From IMG/VR virus record IMGVR_UViG_3300046167_000801: DNA of 64,000 nucleotides. One strand, written 5' to 3'. Each line of letters opens with the position of its first letter. The stretch's first letter is position 1. The notes beneath the pieces are model-generated. The model was not told where the DNA came from. It saw only the letters and a list, made by a program, of their open reading frames with translations, and did no database searches. The translations under genes and the position numbers were made by a program. Positions 32,001 to 42,963 of this stretch are shown piece by piece. The DNA comes from a virus. Its lineage: Duplodnaviria; Caudoviricetes.

Positions 32001-33588
32001 GACTAGTACTCCAACCCCTACACCAAGTCCGAGTCCAACTAATACACCAACTAACACTCCAACGCCAAGTCCAACACCTAACTGTGATTTTGATATTGAT
32101 GTTGATGTGGTAACACCTACTCCTACACCATCACCAAGCCCAACAAGTAGTCCAACACCAAACCCTACTAGTACTCCGACTAATACACCCACACCAAGTC
32201 CAACCAATACACCTACCCCCACACCCACACCTAACTGTGATTTTGATATTGATGTTGATGTGGTAACACCTACACCTACACCAACAAGTAGTCCTACGCC
32301 ATCACCAACTAACACACCTACTCCTACACCTACTAATACACCTACACCAAGTCCGACAAGTAGTCTTACTCCAACACCAACAAGTACATCAACTCCAACA
32401 CCTACCCCTACGCCAAATTGTGATTTTGATATTGATGTTGATGTAGTTACCCCTACTCCTACACCTACTAATACACCTACACCAAGCCCAACAAGTAGTC
32501 CAACACCAACACCTAGTAGTAGTCCAACAAGTACTCCAACTAACACACCAACGCCAAGCCCAACAAGTAGTCCAACACCTAGCCCTACTAACACACCCAC
32601 ACCGACTCCAACACCTAACTGTGATTTTGATGTGGATGTTGACGTAGTTACTCCTACTCCTACTCCAACTAACACACCTACACCAAGTCCTACAAATACA
32701 CCTACACCCACTCCAACAAGTACGGAGACACCTACACCTACACCAACAAGTAGTCCTACCCCAAGTCCAACTAGTACTCCAACACCAACTCCTACACCGA
32801 ATTGTGATTTTGATATTGATGTTGATGTAGTTACACCTACACCAACACCATCCCCAACAAGTACTCCTACACCTACCCCAAGTCCGAGTCCAACTAATAC
32901 ACCAACGCCAAGTCCGACAAGTACTCCAACTAACACACCTACACCAAGCCCAACTAGTACGCCTACCCCTACACCTACACCTAACTGTGATTTCGACGTA
33001 GACGTTGATGTGGTAACACCTACACCAACACCAACAAGTAGTCCAACACCTAGCCCAACAGAAACACCTACACCAACACCTACTCCAAGCCCAACACCTT
33101 CACCAACACCTTCACCTACACCAATAGATTGTCCTGCACCATGTACGACAACAATAAACTCAGATCTATTCCAAACTTGGAACACTAACTTGGTTGGGTC
33201 CAACTTTAAAGAATTGGGTGGATATTGTAATGAAGTGAGAGATAAGAGTGGTAATGTAGTATCAACGAATAGTGAAGAATGGACTTACGACACAAACACA
33301 TGTATTGTTTACGTTTACTATGAAGGTAGTACTATGAGAAGGAGTTGTATTGGGGAGCATACATCACCTGTAGGGACTGAAGTAAGTTCTTTTGACCATA
33401 CAGATGGTACCCTTACACCAACAGGTTCAAATAGGTTATTTGATACTGATATAAGATTTATAGATAATGATAATAATGCAATCATAATAGTAACCGAGTG
33501 GGATTCCACATTAACATCATTATTACATGTTCACATTTTATGTGACTGTAGTTTTGAGGGGGATGTTACCGTTCATAATTTGAATTAA
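26023..33588 (+). CDS. Giant baseplate/tail protein: gp7/P2 gpI-like wedge domain, then a Pro/Thr-rich array with 17 CDFD(I/V)D(V/I)D motifs
   Basis: 2521 aa. [15 protein letters not shown]...[28 protein letters not shown] resembles the tail protein I / gp7 core. C-terminal ~800 aa is (TP/SP)n with a repeated CDFD motif. Confidence 0.7.
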   Translation: MAKRKVPSQAASGRDTFNDNLIGNQITDGSSQLTATNFSIDKTIPQRDTKSFTSVPFSEFLTIDDLKEETEAPKTKSNRSVKKEGKVKFRQNKDAGSKTLFGSLNKRLSSSVNNIIEQFPAGFYIDKDTPISFSQYTAENITYDIKARTTTFKFEKSKIFNPLDIVLEKPSSNVSPEVSNEFKNFFENYSKYSLIIDEVEYEILTYSKAGTDGLITLKVKGKPFSGSTYSENFLIRPISNTVEEFFESLDDLEKLILDRESSPRYTAEFKLPKDSLDGSKTETVTTKITWPVFKDNWNIKIGGTEYLSYLESLKSIGDEIDQYKSNLISRFLTTASLNEFDTEDQRMSSMFQIYGSGFDSVKKFIDNIAYMRNVSYDKINNIPDVLLKNLSNTLGLDSVNLFDEKTFEDTLYSRIESQFEGNNLGMNMVEAEAEFYRRLVINLVRIYKSKGTRKSIEFFLRFIGAPEPLIKINEHVYKYDDVKKLSLDIDNDIYDLTQLEKTFTVGHIDLEDKTYSFIYQGITTTGTTTYQVDEYPIVLTGTTKYGDTQKIVSENNDVFFQKGAGWYEISLQHRSSTELDTENSNLLSNPKIIKTKNKDFTYGEDYFDLYRQFYGLDYGHELHNTIDNNKTELLSDTDSKTLNRKNIQIYLSSAQGIDYDVYRKSRDLEVSFGLKTLEPQTGFTFAEYMDNVLNEQIRNSHTVKYQKSYIQLEDVYWGYLEKVGTPYSFPTVNEFINRMSPHWVEIIEQFVPATTLWTGGNILENSRIGRSKHDYLKPCTIEQVEDNLYPKLGFEHSIEEDLEVYFLGDKDLFRGLTVVSGVTYVLKIVLMGEEYTASSPITLTGGQLFDPFISTSECTTINDVIFSGGETFDGSKHLPLLCDFKCNLNPDRDVLDPLWVNAVNSIFSQINEKYYTKTAYTGYDTISNHAGGEGYERITGNTETSDENQNIENGFNNQLSTNGENYGYENVPIVSHEIFTDSDGVQKIRITPFTYDTQLYIANPGDPYGDAYIPADLDCLDLSTFDFFWESTYLTGTTQCDPKVKVYGPNTFYTLPEDEDDCILMEDVYFEVSGVTFGNEDTVDDGDPCTDCPPYNTSWPLNIFIDCVGGYNESISGHTYTVNHVSGCTFVVNNVRENDIIDISITDAANCDQKIRIEGLQQKFEWDPVDGDDVTTSRSHYLQYSFDTYDDGDDPDSSDPLNSQSGITFCDNYSGYTLQPIVQYRPTFDYGLRQNTKVIKVNNGVILDENTTWDQIQTYLDDNTLEKINIENVVIGDQLLSGVYKDCPFSSQDYNDAVISGYSFSYDYKVVTVENKDCLGSTKINKINERFSFLPNTRLWVMTKTMEDGSQGDNWRFTEKYPEELYPRPDDPIDPCCSYQVGYYESGDYIFNEHGFPIEVLKVDLDYCVRDLFYHLNVSPTSVYDVSTNCSEVILFNGDSEDCVLVGHDEQKFENMDMKMQQYFQDKLDCSDMPDIDDIERDLTGLDDCDTLNAFKLKHFDTGEIRYTAINEDFNIGDAVNIEFINSGSQNEEINLIQKLSPGQNCWIVISKVYANVIEYMVSGPCDDVRRPGPSATPTSTPTPTPTPTNSPTPTPTSSPTPTSTETPTPTPTISPTPTDTPVPTSTETPTPTPTDTPIPTSTETPTPTPTPNCDFDIDVDLTTPTPTPTPTPTIDCDFDIDVDLTTPTPTPTNTSTPTPTPTPNCDFDIDVDLTTPTPTPSPTSTLTPTPTIDCDFDIDVDLTTPTPTPSPTPTLDCDFDIDVDLTTPTPTPSPTSSPTPTPTLDCDFDIDVDLVTPTPTSTNIPPTSTPTPTPTPNCDFDVDVDLVTPTPTPSPTEPIPTNVSNPTPTPTPTLDCDFDIDVDLVTPTPTSTPTSTPTPTESSTPTPTPSPTPNCDFDIDVDLVTPTPTPTSSPTPSPTSSPTPTPTPDCDFDIDIDVVTPTPTPSPSPTSTNTPTFTPTPTSTNTPTPTPTPNCDFDIDVDLVTPTPTPSPTSTPTPTPSPSPTNTPTNTPTPSPTPNCDFDIDVDVVTPTPTPSPSPTSSPTPNPTSTPTNTPTPSPTNTPTPTPTPNCDFDIDVDVVTPTPTPTSSPTPSPTNTPTPTPTNTPTPSPTSSLTPTPTSTSTPTPTPTPNCDFDIDVDVVTPTPTPTNTPTPSPTSSPTPTPSSSPTSTPTNTPTPSPTSSPTPSPTNTPTPTPTPNCDFDVDVDVVTPTPTPTNTPTPSPTNTPTPTPTSTETPTPTPTSSPTPSPTSTPTPTPTPNCDFDIDVDVVTPTPTPSPTSTPTPTPSPSPTNTPTPSPTSTPTNTPTPSPTSTPTPTPTPNCDFDVDVDVVTPTPTPTSSPTPSPTETPTPTPTPSPTPSPTPSPTPIDCPAPCTTTINSDLFQTWNTNLVGSNFKELGGYCNEVRDKSGNVVSTNSEEWTYDTNTCIVYVYYEGSTMRRSCIGEHTSPVGTEVSSFDHTDGTLTPTGSNRLFDTDIRFIDNDNNAIIIVTEWDSTLTSLLHVHILCDCSFEGDVTVHNLN
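30742..33123 (+). repeat. In-frame low-complexity repeat array (PT/PS linkers separated by a tgtga(c/t)tt(t/c)ga motif, 17 copies)
   Basis: Copies counted in the translation; first motif codon at ~30982, last at ~32986. Confidence 0.9.
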
Positions 33589-33606
33589 AAAGTATATATT
33601 TTAATA

Positions 33607-36600
33607 ATGGCAAGAATATTCGACATAAAAATAACATCAGGGACTTCACACAGTCTCTATACGATATACTACGATCAAGTCGATGCCGCCAATATCGCAA
33701 CAAGAGTGAGTACCTCATTACCTGCAACGGGTGTGACGTACAATGATTTAACAAGTGGTTCGGGAGTTACGGTTAGTGTCCCTAACAGTGCAACTTCAAT
33801 ATTACTATATAATAATTCATGTGTGATTGATGATGAAATTATTTTACCAACCCCAACTCCATCACCAACACCAACAAGTACACCCACCCCTACACCAACA
33901 AGTAGTCCTACACCAAGTCCTACACCAAGTCCGAGCCCAACAGAAACTCCTACACCAACTCCATCACCTAGCCCAACTAACACACCTACACCAAGTCCAA
34001 CGACTAGTCCAACACCTACACCTACACCAAGTCCAACTCCAAATTGTGATTTTGATATGGACATCAATGTGGTTACACCAACACCAACACCCACACCAAG
34101 CCCAACAAGTAGTCCAACACCAACTCCGACTAGTACACCAACACCTACACCAAGTCCAAGTCCGAGCCCAACAGAAACTCCTACACCAACACCGAGTCCG
34201 ACGACAAGTCCTACTCCAACTCCGACTAGTACACCAACACCTACACCAAGTCCTACACCAAATTGTGACTTTGATGTTGATGTTACACTTAATACAAGAC
34301 CCTCCATAATAGTACCTAATTTTTCTCAAACAGAAAACACGGCAACGGGAACTACAATAGGTAACTTAGTTGCAAATGATGATGAGGGAGGAACGTTTAC
34401 GTGGGTATTTGAAGATACCGCTAATTATCCTGATAATAATTCTTTCTCATTGACTAGTGGTGGGGTATTATCTAACGCGGAGGTTTTCAACCATGAGGTA
34501 AAAAGTTTATATACTTTATATGTTAAGGTCACCGATAACGGTGGATTAACAAATACAAGAGAATTTACGGTAGACATAGTCGATGTTAATGAAACACCAT
34601 ACGGTTTAACCTTAAGTAATAATTCACAAAGAGAAAACACACCAACGGGGACAACAATTGGTATTTTTTCGGGGTTAGATGTTGACAGTAACGAAACATT
34701 TACATACGCACTAACGGGTAGTGGTAATAATAATTCGGCGTTCGCCTTATCAAGTTCGGGTGTACTAAAAAATGCAATAGTTTTTAATTATGAGGTTAAA
34801 AACTCTTATAGTATTGAAGTGACGGTTACGGATAGTGGTAATAACACTTATACGGATACATTTACAATTTCAGTACTTGACGTTAATGAATCACCAACAA
34901 ATTTATCCTTATCAAGTAATAGTATTGCGGAAAATCAATCTACAGGAACAACAATAGGTACTTTCAGTAGTACGGATGTTGATTCGGGAGATAGTCATTC
35001 TTATGAACTTGTTAGTGGTTTAGGAGATACTAATAATGGTTCATTTACATTAACAAGTGGTGGTGTTCTAAAAAGTAAAGAAGTTTATAACTATGAAGGT
35101 AAGAACAGTTATTCTATAAGAGTAAAAACTACTGATTCGGGGGGATTAACCCACATAGGTATATTTACGATTTTGATTACAGATCTTAACGAAACCCCTT
35201 CTAACATAACACCATCAACAGTATCATTCCAAGAAAATCAATCGACAGGAACAACAGTTACTACATTCACCGCCACCGATGTTGATTCGGGTGATACACA
35301 TACTTTTGAATTAGTAAGTGGTCTTGGAGATACCAACAACGATTCGTTTAGTTTGAATAGTAATGGTACTCTGACATCTAACGAGGTGTTCAACTACGAA
35401 GTTAAAAACTCCTATACAATAAGAGTCAAAGCAACAGATTCAGGTGGTTTAACACACGAAAGATCAGTAACAATTAATATCACCAACGCAAACGAAGTAC
35501 CTACAGATATAACTTTAAAAAATAATAATATTCCTGAAAATAGTTCTACGGGTACTACGGTTGGTCAATTATCCACAACAGACCCTGACGCAGGAAACAC
35601 ATTCACATATACATTAGTAAGTGGAGTGGGTGACACTAATAACAGTTCATTTAAAATAAGTGGTGATAAGATTCAAAGTAGTGAAATATTCAACTATGAA
35701 GTTAAGAACACTTATTCAGTTAGAGTAAGATCGACAGACCAAGGTGGTTTATACAGAGAAGAATCGTTTACTATTAATGTAACTAATGTTAATGAAACTC
35801 CAACAAACATATCATTATCTAATTCATCTATTGATGAGAATGTGGCAACAGGGACCACTGTGGGAACATTATCCACAACAGACCCTGACGCAGGAAATAC
35901 ATTTACATATACATTAGTAAGTGGTGTTGGAGATACCAACAATGGTTCATTTTATATAGACGGAACGACCTTAAAAAGTGGTGAAGTTTTTGATTATGAA
36001 ACCAAGAATTCATACACAATAAGAGTAAGATCAACAGATCAAGGAGGGTTATGGTATGAGAAAAAAATAATCATATCAATAACAAATATATCTGTATCAG
36101 GTACTCTTAGTGGAACAAACTTAACTTGTTATAATGATTCGTCAGGTGAGATTGAAGTTACATCACAAACGGGGGGAGATTCACCATACACGTATAGTAT
36201 AAACGGTATAAATTATCAAACATCTACGACATTCTCAAACCTTTCGGCGGGTACGTACATTGTTTCTATAAAAGATGACAATGGTGAAATAGGTACAGTA
36301 AGTAAAACAATAACACAACCACCAGTATTAAACATAACTGATTCACACACAGACCCAACATGTTATGGGGGGAGTGATGGAGAAATACAATTTTCTGTTG
36401 TTGGTGGAACAGGTGAAATAACTTATACTATAAATGGTGACGAAACAACGGAAACACTTCACTCAGACTTGAGTGCTGGTACTTATACTTTCATCGCGAC
36501 AGATGAAAATAGATGTACTGATAGTAGGGTTGTAACTTTAAGTGTAACACAAGTATCCGCAACAGTAACACAATCTAATGTCACATGTAACGGTGGTAGT

Positions 36601-39600
36601 GATGGTTGGATTAATGTAACTTCAGCTATAGGAGGATCAGGTAGTGGATATGAAGTCAAATTAAATAGTAATGGGACCTACGAAACTTTAACTGATTATA
36701 AACTATATTCAACTTTATCGGATGGAACATATACTATTTATGTTAAAGATGGTGATGGTTGTGAAAGAACATATAGTATAACAATTACGGAACCCGCGGC
36801 TGTAACATTTACAGAAACACATGTTGACCCAACATGTTGGAATGGTAAAGACGGTAGTATTACTCTTACAGCTTCAGGAGGTAACGGATCTTACGAATAT
36901 CAGTTTAATGGTTTTTGGCAATCATCAAACGTAAAAACAGGTTTACGGACAGGTAGTAATAGTATAAGAGTAAGAGACGGTAATGGATGTACTTCAAGTA
37001 TTGGGTCTGTTACTTTATCTACTACAAAACCATTTGCAACTATTACGTCCACAAATGTGGTATGTAATGGTGACGACGATGGTACAATATCGGTTTCTAA
37101 TCCAACAGGTGGGTCGGGAGCAACATACCAAGTCAAATTAAATAGTAATGGAACATATGTTAACTTAACAGGTACCCAACTTTATGAGGACTTATCACCA
37201 GATACCTACAATATTTATATTAAAGATAGTGATGGTTGTGAAGGGATTTACATTAAGACCATTACAGAAAACAATGGAGTTACTGCAAGTACTGCATCAA
37301 CGAATCCAACATGTTTTGGTGATACTGATGGTTCTATAACTGTTACAGGTAGTGGTGGTACGGGATCGTACACTTATAAAATAGGTAGTGGATCTTATCA
37401 AACATCAAATTCATTCACAAGTCTTGGTAATGGAACATATACGTTATATGTTAAAGATAGTAATGGTTGTGTGGATACCACATCAACAACATTAAATAGA
37501 ACACAAGTAAGTGCATCAATTTACAGTAATCAACCTTCATGTAATGGAGGTAATGATGGTGACATCACATTATCATCAATTACGGGCGGAAACGGTGGTA
37601 CGTATCAGTTTAAATTTGAAAGTGGTAATTGGACTAATTTTAGTTCCGCAGTAACGTTTACAAATAAATCCGCCGGAACATACACAATACAGGTTAGGGA
37701 TGGTCAACAGTGTAGTAGAAGTTATTCTTATACTTTAGGTCAACCAACAGCAGTAACATCATCTGTATCTGTAACCCATCCATCTTGTGCAAATAGTAAA
37801 GACGGATCAATAACCATAACAGGTGGTGGTGGATCGGGATCATATGTGTATTCTATTAATGGGTCAAATTATTACATATCTAATACATTTAATAACTTGT
37901 CTGTAGGAAGTGGTACCGCATATGTTAAGGATACTCGTGGATGTATAAGTACAGTTTCGTACACTTTGACAAAGACTAACCCAACAGCAACCATTTCAGT
38001 AACAAACGCATTGTGTAACGGAGACAGAGGATCAATAACCGTTTCTAATCCATCAGGTGGGAATGGAGGTACATACCAAGTTAAATTAGACACAGGATCG
38101 TATCAGAACTTTTCATCTAATTCATATACATTCACTTCAGTAACTGTTGGTAGTCATACTATTACCATAAAAGATGGTGATGGTTGTGAAAGAGGGTACA
38201 GTAGAAGTGTTACAGAGCCAACGTCGGTTGTTGTATCGTACACTAGTTTATCTCATCCTTCATGTAGTTACAGTAGTGATGGTAGTATAAATTTTGCGGT
38301 TAGTGGTGGTTCAGGTTCATACACATACAGACTAAATGGTACATTAATAACTAATATAACGGTTACAGGTTTAACTACAGGTTCTTATGTTTTATATGCA
38401 GAAGATGATAATGGGTGTAGTGATTCAGTTTCGGTTAACTTATCTAAATCTTCACCATTGGCTACAGTAACTACGTCTAACCCAAGTTGTAGTTCGGGTA
38501 GTGGTGCGATTACAGTATCGAGTCCTGCGGGAGGAAACGGACCAACTTATGAATCAAAAATTGGGAATGGTCCATATACAACAATAGGTAGTCCAACAAT
38601 TTACTCACCTCTATCTTCAGGAACATATACAATTACTATAAAAGACGGAGATGGATGTACAAGGACATATGATAGAACAATAACAATACCTACAGCAGTA
38701 AGTTTCACCACTTCAGTAACCCACCCAACATGTAATGGGGATAGTGACGGAGAAATAACATTTACTGCAAGTGGGGGTAATGGATCATATCAATATTCCA
38801 TAAATAACGGGATAAATTATCAGTCAAATAGAACTTTTTCTAATCTAACTATAGGGACATACCTATTGAGAGTTAAAGATGGTGAAAATTGTAGTACTAC
38901 AGGTACAGTAACTTTAAGTAAAACAGACCCTAGTGCGACATTCACTATGTCATCTGTGAGTTGTAACGGAGGTTCTGATGGAGAAATTGAAGTTTCAAGT
39001 ATGACAGGTGGTAATGGTGGAACATATTCACATAGATTTGGTTTAGGTTCTTACTTAACCACGTCCCCTCATACTTATAATAATTTATCTGCGGGCGATC
39101 ATTATATTACCATAAAAGATGGTTCGGGATGTACAGAAGCATATACGATCACAGTCACAGAACCAACGGCACAAACGGTTTCTATAACATCGTTTACCAC
39201 AACAACAGGAAGTACGGGTAGTATTACCGTGACATCTACGGGAGGTGTGTGGCCAAAAACTTATAGATTATATGAGGATACCACTTCACCATATACGGTT
39301 GGTGGTGGGACATTAGTTGCAACAATTACAGGTGTAACTTCGGCCAACCATTCACAGACATTCAGTAATTTATCACAAGGATATTATTACGTCGTAGTAA
39401 CAGATGCGAATGGATGTACCGCCAACAGTGCAACTATTGAAAGTACATTTGATGATAGTGATGGCTGTAATTGTGTAGAGGTCGGTGTTATTTCAAGTAA
39501 ATTAACAAACGGTGGTCAGGATTTATACTACGTTAATAATGATTGTGAAAATGGGTTGACTGATATAAACCTAGCTCAATATTTAGCGGAGATTGGTGAA

Positions 39601-39780
39601 GACGAGGATAGTAATATTTTTAAATTCTGTAGTCAATCACCAGTTAGTCATAGTTTTAAATATGGTTTAGGTGGTAATACTTTCGATGGACCTCAATCAG
39701 GGGGGATAACAGTAACACCTTTTGATACTTCGTGTACTCAAAACTCGGATTGTAGTAAAAGTATTAAAGGATTCGAATAA
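33607..39780 (+). CDS. Adhesin-like tail fibre/virion protein: N-module, PT linkers, 6 cadherin-like domains, ~13-14 SprB-like repeats, Cys-rich C-terminus
   Basis: 2057 aa. Six ~100-aa units of the type ENxxTGTTIG...DxDxG...F(N/D)YExKNSYxIRVxxTDxGGL...DVNE, and repeated C(N/Y)GGxDGxIxVxxxGGxGxYxY units. Confidence 0.8.
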   Translation: MARIFDIKITSGTSHSLYTIYYDQVDAANIATRVSTSLPATGVTYNDLTSGSGVTVSVPNSATSILLYNNSCVIDDEIILPTPTPSPTPTSTPTPTPTSSPTPSPTPSPSPTETPTPTPSPSPTNTPTPSPTTSPTPTPTPSPTPNCDFDMDINVVTPTPTPTPSPTSSPTPTPTSTPTPTPSPSPSPTETPTPTPSPTTSPTPTPTSTPTPTPSPTPNCDFDVDVTLNTRPSIIVPNFSQTENTATGTTIGNLVANDDEGGTFTWVFEDTANYPDNNSFSLTSGGVLSNAEVFNHEVKSLYTLYVKVTDNGGLTNTREFTVDIVDVNETPYGLTLSNNSQRENTPTGTTIGIFSGLDVDSNETFTYALTGSGNNNSAFALSSSGVLKNAIVFNYEVKNSYSIEVTVTDSGNNTYTDTFTISVLDVNESPTNLSLSSNSIAENQSTGTTIGTFSSTDVDSGDSHSYELVSGLGDTNNGSFTLTSGGVLKSKEVYNYEGKNSYSIRVKTTDSGGLTHIGIFTILITDLNETPSNITPSTVSFQENQSTGTTVTTFTATDVDSGDTHTFELVSGLGDTNNDSFSLNSNGTLTSNEVFNYEVKNSYTIRVKATDSGGLTHERSVTINITNANEVPTDITLKNNNIPENSSTGTTVGQLSTTDPDAGNTFTYTLVSGVGDTNNSSFKISGDKIQSSEIFNYEVKNTYSVRVRSTDQGGLYREESFTINVTNVNETPTNISLSNSSIDENVATGTTVGTLSTTDPDAGNTFTYTLVSGVGDTNNGSFYIDGTTLKSGEVFDYETKNSYTIRVRSTDQGGLWYEKKIIISITNISVSGTLSGTNLTCYNDSSGEIEVTSQTGGDSPYTYSINGINYQTSTTFSNLSAGTYIVSIKDDNGEIGTVSKTITQPPVLNITDSHTDPTCYGGSDGEIQFSVVGGTGEITYTINGDETTETLHSDLSAGTYTFIATDENRCTDSRVVTLSVTQVSATVTQSNVTCNGGSDGWINVTSAIGGSGSGYEVKLNSNGTYETLTDYKLYSTLSDGTYTIYVKDGDGCERTYSITITEPAAVTFTETHVDPTCWNGKDGSITLTASGGNGSYEYQFNGFWQSSNVKTGLRTGSNSIRVRDGNGCTSSIGSVTLSTTKPFATITSTNVVCNGDDDGTISVSNPTGGSGATYQVKLNSNGTYVNLTGTQLYEDLSPDTYNIYIKDSDGCEGIYIKTITENNGVTASTASTNPTCFGDTDGSITVTGSGGTGSYTYKIGSGSYQTSNSFTSLGNGTYTLYVKDSNGCVDTTSTTLNRTQVSASIYSNQPSCNGGNDGDITLSSITGGNGGTYQFKFESGNWTNFSSAVTFTNKSAGTYTIQVRDGQQCSRSYSYTLGQPTAVTSSVSVTHPSCANSKDGSITITGGGGSGSYVYSINGSNYYISNTFNNLSVGSGTAYVKDTRGCISTVSYTLTKTNPTATISVTNALCNGDRGSITVSNPSGGNGGTYQVKLDTGSYQNFSSNSYTFTSVTVGSHTITIKDGDGCERGYSRSVTEPTSVVVSYTSLSHPSCSYSSDGSINFAVSGGSGSYTYRLNGTLITNITVTGLTTGSYVLYAEDDNGCSDSVSVNLSKSSPLATVTTSNPSCSSGSGAITVSSPAGGNGPTYESKIGNGPYTTIGSPTIYSPLSSGTYTITIKDGDGCTRTYDRTITIPTAVSFTTSVTHPTCNGDSDGEITFTASGGNGSYQYSINNGINYQSNRTFSNLTIGTYLLRVKDGENCSTTGTVTLSKTDPSATFTMSSVSCNGGSDGEIEVSSMTGGNGGTYSHRFGLGSYLTTSPHTYNNLSAGDHYITIKDGSGCTEAYTITVTEPTAQTVSITSFTTTTGSTGSITVTSTGGVWPKTYRLYEDTTSPYTVGGGTLVATITGVTSANHSQTFSNLSQGYYYVVVTDANGCTANSATIESTFDDSDGCNCVEVGVISSKLTNGGQDLYYVNNDCENGLTDINLAQYLAEIGEDEDSNIFKFCSQSPVSHSFKYGLGGNTFDGPQSGGITVTPFDTSCTQNSDCSKSIKGFE
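34291..36090 (+). repeat. Cadherin-like domain tandem repeat, ~300-bp period
   Basis: For example 35569-35640 and 35869-35940 are near-identical with synonymous differences, exactly 300 nt apart. Confidence 0.85.
36110..39440 (+). repeat. SprB-like repeat region
   Basis: Thirteen C-x-G/N-x-x-DG-type units plus one degenerate unit in the translation. Confidence 0.75.
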
Positions 39781-39819
39781 ATAAAAAAATAACAAAACGA
39801 ATAAATCGTAATAACGATA

Positions 39820-39827
39820 TATTTATA
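39820..39827 (+). promoter_or_regulatory. TATTTATA putative late promoter motif
   Basis: Upstream of ATG 39853. Confidence 0.55.
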
Positions 39828-39852
39828 ATAAAAGAAAATAAAATTAAATAAT

Positions 39853-40440
39853 ATGGCAGCATCAAACGACTATCAAGTAACATTCACATTAAATGGGTTG
39901 TACACAGGAACTACGGAGGCAGATAATTTCACTATTGTCGGTAAACACTGTAATGGTTCTCCTGCAGATACAATAATTGCAACAGGGGTAACCGCATCAG
40001 ATTTAACTACTGGTGTTACATACACAATTGCAGCAACAATTTCGGGAGGAACAATAACATCAACAGGAGACTGTACTAATTCAGTACCTTGGGCAGGTTT
40101 AACGTGTGAAGGTGGAGAAATACCAACACCTACCGCAACGCCAGAACCTTCATCATCTTCAGTTTTTGTAGTTAGTAGATGTAACGATGATCAACTATTC
40201 TATTTAGCTGATGATATAAGTTGTATTGAGGGTAATTTAAGTACTCCTCCTAACCCAAGTATTTATATTGTGGGTGAATATGTACAATTTACAGATGGTA
40301 CTTCTTGTAATTCAGAACAAACTTCATATTGTGGTATAATCACAGCAGTGAATTCAGTATCTGAAAGAAACGCAGTATTAATCAAACACGAACTTCTTAA
40401 CAAATCAAAAGGTTGTACGAATACAGAATGTATGGAATAA
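39853..40440 (+). CDS. Cys-rich two-module virion/fibre accessory protein (195 aa)
   Basis: Short PT linker; the C-terminal VSRC..D...YCG module is shared with 41932..42915. Confidence 0.65.
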   Translation: MAASNDYQVTFTLNGLYTGTTEADNFTIVGKHCNGSPADTIIATGVTASDLTTGVTYTIAATISGGTITSTGDCTNSVPWAGLTCEGGEIPTPTATPEPSSSSVFVVSRCNDDQLFYLADDISCIEGNLSTPPNPSIYIVGEYVQFTDGTSCNSEQTSYCGIITAVNSVSERNAVLIKHELLNKSKGCTNTECME

Positions 40441-40462
40441 CTTAACTTGTTTAATATACTTT

Positions 40463-40492
40463 AAAAAACCCGTTATTATGACGGGTTTTTTT
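40463..40492 (+). terminator. Intrinsic terminator (possibly bidirectional)
   Basis: AAAAAACCCGTT-ATTAT-GACGGGTTTTTTT inverted repeat. Confidence 0.85.
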
Positions 40493-40517
40493 ATTTAAAG
40501 TAATCTACTTATTAATG

Positions 40518-40525
40518 TATTTATA
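40518..40525 (+). promoter_or_regulatory. TATTTATA putative late promoter motif
   Basis: Upstream of ATG 40529, directly after a terminator. Confidence 0.55.
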
Positions 40526-40528
40526 TGT

Positions 40529-41650
40529 ATGGGATTAATTGTAAGGGTATTTGATATTGTTTCACCTAATGACTTTGATTTAAGTATTGGGTTGTCACCT
40601 TATGGACCGTTTACAAAATTAGATGGACCTAGACCTGATAATTCTTGGCCAAACTCTACGGACAGAGACTATAGAACTGAACCAATTTATATTGGTGACA
40701 ATGAACCCGAAGTGGTTAATGGTATACCATCATCATCAGAAGTAATATTTTATGATTTAGAATTTGACACCGAATTTTGGTTGAAAATGGAGGATAAAGT
40801 AAACGTTATAGATGTATGTGAGAACAATCAAACACCAAGGTACATTGTAGAAAACATATACATACATGATAGTAAGACATTTGAATGTTACGATAAGATA
40901 AAGTTTAGTGTATCTTATGAATGTGTACTACCACCAACACCAACACCCGAACCGACACCAACACCCGGACCAACTTCGACACCGGGAATAACCCCAACCC
41001 CAACACCTACATCAATTGTACTTGATGACGAGACCGAAATTAATATATTCTTTGATAATTCGGGGTCTATGAGTGGTACCAAATCCCCGTTAGATACTAT
41101 GGCGAGTACGATTCTTAAAGATTGTTTATTACCATTTTATAACAATGACTCAGCACTGTACGATAGTAGGGTAAGAGTTTTAAATATGTCGGAGGAAGGT
41201 TTTTATGAAAGAAGTTACGGTTGTCTATCAACGACTGGTACAACATCATCAATTACTCAAGTTATAAACTTATCATTTCAAGATGAAGGTGCCTCATCTC
41301 TCCACGGTAGTACTGGGTGGTCTAACACAGACCCAAGAACTTCCACTTTTGATAATGACATGGTACTTTTAAGAAATAACATTGATAATAATCCACTTAA
41401 TTATATTGTTGGAGAAATTTTCCAAGTCGAAACTAGTACTACTGGACAGTTTTTGTCCTTTAGAAATTTATTGGAAGCGGTTGAAAATGGTTTAGGTAAT
41501 TATAGTGGTGTTAATGGATTATCTGATAAAAGTCAAATACATAATACCTACGGTGTTACTCCATCGAGTACTCCACAATATTATATGGGACTTATAATTA
41601 CAGCGATTAATAATTTAGGTTATAGTATACCTGATTGTACAGAAGAATAA
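40529..41650 (+). CDS. PT-linker protein; C-terminal domain begins with a vWA/MIDAS-like motif (INIFFDNSGSMS)
   Basis: 373 aa. DxSxS motif after a hydrophobic strand; PT linker in the middle. Confidence 0.55.
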   Translation: MGLIVRVFDIVSPNDFDLSIGLSPYGPFTKLDGPRPDNSWPNSTDRDYRTEPIYIGDNEPEVVNGIPSSSEVIFYDLEFDTEFWLKMEDKVNVIDVCENNQTPRYIVENIYIHDSKTFECYDKIKFSVSYECVLPPTPTPEPTPTPGPTSTPGITPTPTPTSIVLDDETEINIFFDNSGSMSGTKSPLDTMASTILKDCLLPFYNNDSALYDSRVRVLNMSEEGFYERSYGCLSTTGTTSSITQVINLSFQDEGASSLHGSTGWSNTDPRTSTFDNDMVLLRNNIDNNPLNYIVGEIFQVETSTTGQFLSFRNLLEAVENGLGNYSGVNGLSDKSQIHNTYGVTPSSTPQYYMGLIITAINNLGYSIPDCTEE

Positions 41651-41651
41651 T

Positions 41652-42915
41652 ATGGGGAGAATAGTAAGACTAAATATTTCGTTAGATAACAGTCATTCAT
41701 TAGATGACTTTCCCGTTGATTTATATTCGGGTTTAACAAGTGGGGATACAACTAATTTAGTGTATGCGAATATAGTTAGTGAGGATATACCACTTGATTT
41801 AATGTTTGAGGATAGTGATTTAAATATTAGTAATGACCCTAATAATCCTTTCGTACCGCACTGTTATATGAGAATATCGTCTGACGGATGTTACGATGAA
41901 ATAATAAAATTGGAGGTACCAAGGGTAGATTGTGAAATATGTGTGGATTTTCAAGAAATCATACCAGAACCAACACCCTACTTCAATACCACCAACACCT
42001 ACTTCAATACCACCAACACCCACTTCAATACCACCAACGGCAACGGAAGGACCAACACCCACCCCAACACCGACATTACCACCTGGACCTACACCTACTC
42101 CAACAAGTACACCTACTCCAACACCGTCATCGACACCAGGTGAAAGAGGATGTAGGTTTGTATTTGTACCTGATACTATTAGTACAACAGGGTACGGTTT
42201 AGATTATGTTCAAAATGGGGTTATAATACTTACACGATTCACTGATATTGCCGGTCAATCGACGACTTATGATGGTGTGGTCGGGACAGTTTTCGGTGTG
42301 TGTAGTGAAACTTACCCACTATATTATGATTTCGATGGTGGGCAAGGTGCAATAACTGACCCGGTTGGTGTGGAAAGACCACCAAATGGGGGTAGTTGTA
42401 GTATTAATAAGAGTTGTATATATACACCCCCAACTCCAACCCCAACAAGTACAGATACACCAACAACATGTAATGAGTACTCATTATATATGACAGGACA
42501 AGGTGAAACGTCTTCACAATGGGAATGGACGACCTGTGGAGGTTCAACCACGACATGGACAAATGTGGGTTCTAACTATAGGGTTGTATGTTCAGAAACA
42601 ACACCGACATTAAATTACGGTGATGGGTTTAGTTTACTTAACGGGGATTGTGGTAATTATACGGTAAGTAGATGTACTGACGGACAACAATTTACTGTTG
42701 CCAAAAATAAGAACTGTATGACAGGTACACCACCAACATATAGTGTTGGAGATGTTATCCAATTCAAACAAATGAACGTTACTAACGGTTCGTGTTATGG
42801 TGAGACCTATTGTGGTACTATTACCGCCACGGACTCAAATACACCACATAACGCGTTAGCAAGTAGGAACGCAACAGTTGATGATTGTAATGATACAACA
42901 CATTGTGGTGAGTAG
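41652..42915 (+). CDS. PT-linker Cys-rich modular protein split by a +1 frameshift at ~41977 (listed ORFs 41652..42143 and 41932..42915)
   Basis: Frame 1 reads ...FQEIIPEPTP and then degenerates. The +1 frame continues TSIPPTPTSIPP... An extra C in the first 21-nt repeat unit explains the break. Confidence 0.65.
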
Positions 42916-42931
42916 TTTTAGAATGAGGATA

Positions 42932-42939
42932 TATTTATA
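42932..42939 (+). promoter_or_regulatory. TATTTATA putative late promoter motif
   Basis: Upstream of ATG 42964. Confidence 0.55.
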
Positions 42940-42963
42940 TAATAAGAATTAAAAAATCATAGA

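Noticed and set aside
30979-33012. Regularly recurring tgtgattttgatattgatgt motif resembling a CRISPR repeat-spacer array
   Set aside because: Copies vary at codon third positions and stay in frame. The spacers are low-complexity and variable in length, and no cas operon is present.
30681-33203. 840-aa minus-strand Gly/Val-repeat ORF (also 33675..34307, 44831..45139, 45764..46393, 43026..43304)
   Set aside because: These are antisense shadows of the Pro/Thr codons (CCN/ACN read as NGG/NGT), which contain no stops. They have no independent start context and the rest of the window is + strand coded.
35569-35940. Near-identical repeat pair as a possible DGR template/variable repeat
   Set aside because: The differences are synonymous and not adenine-specific, and no reverse transcriptase is in the window; this is ordinary domain duplication.
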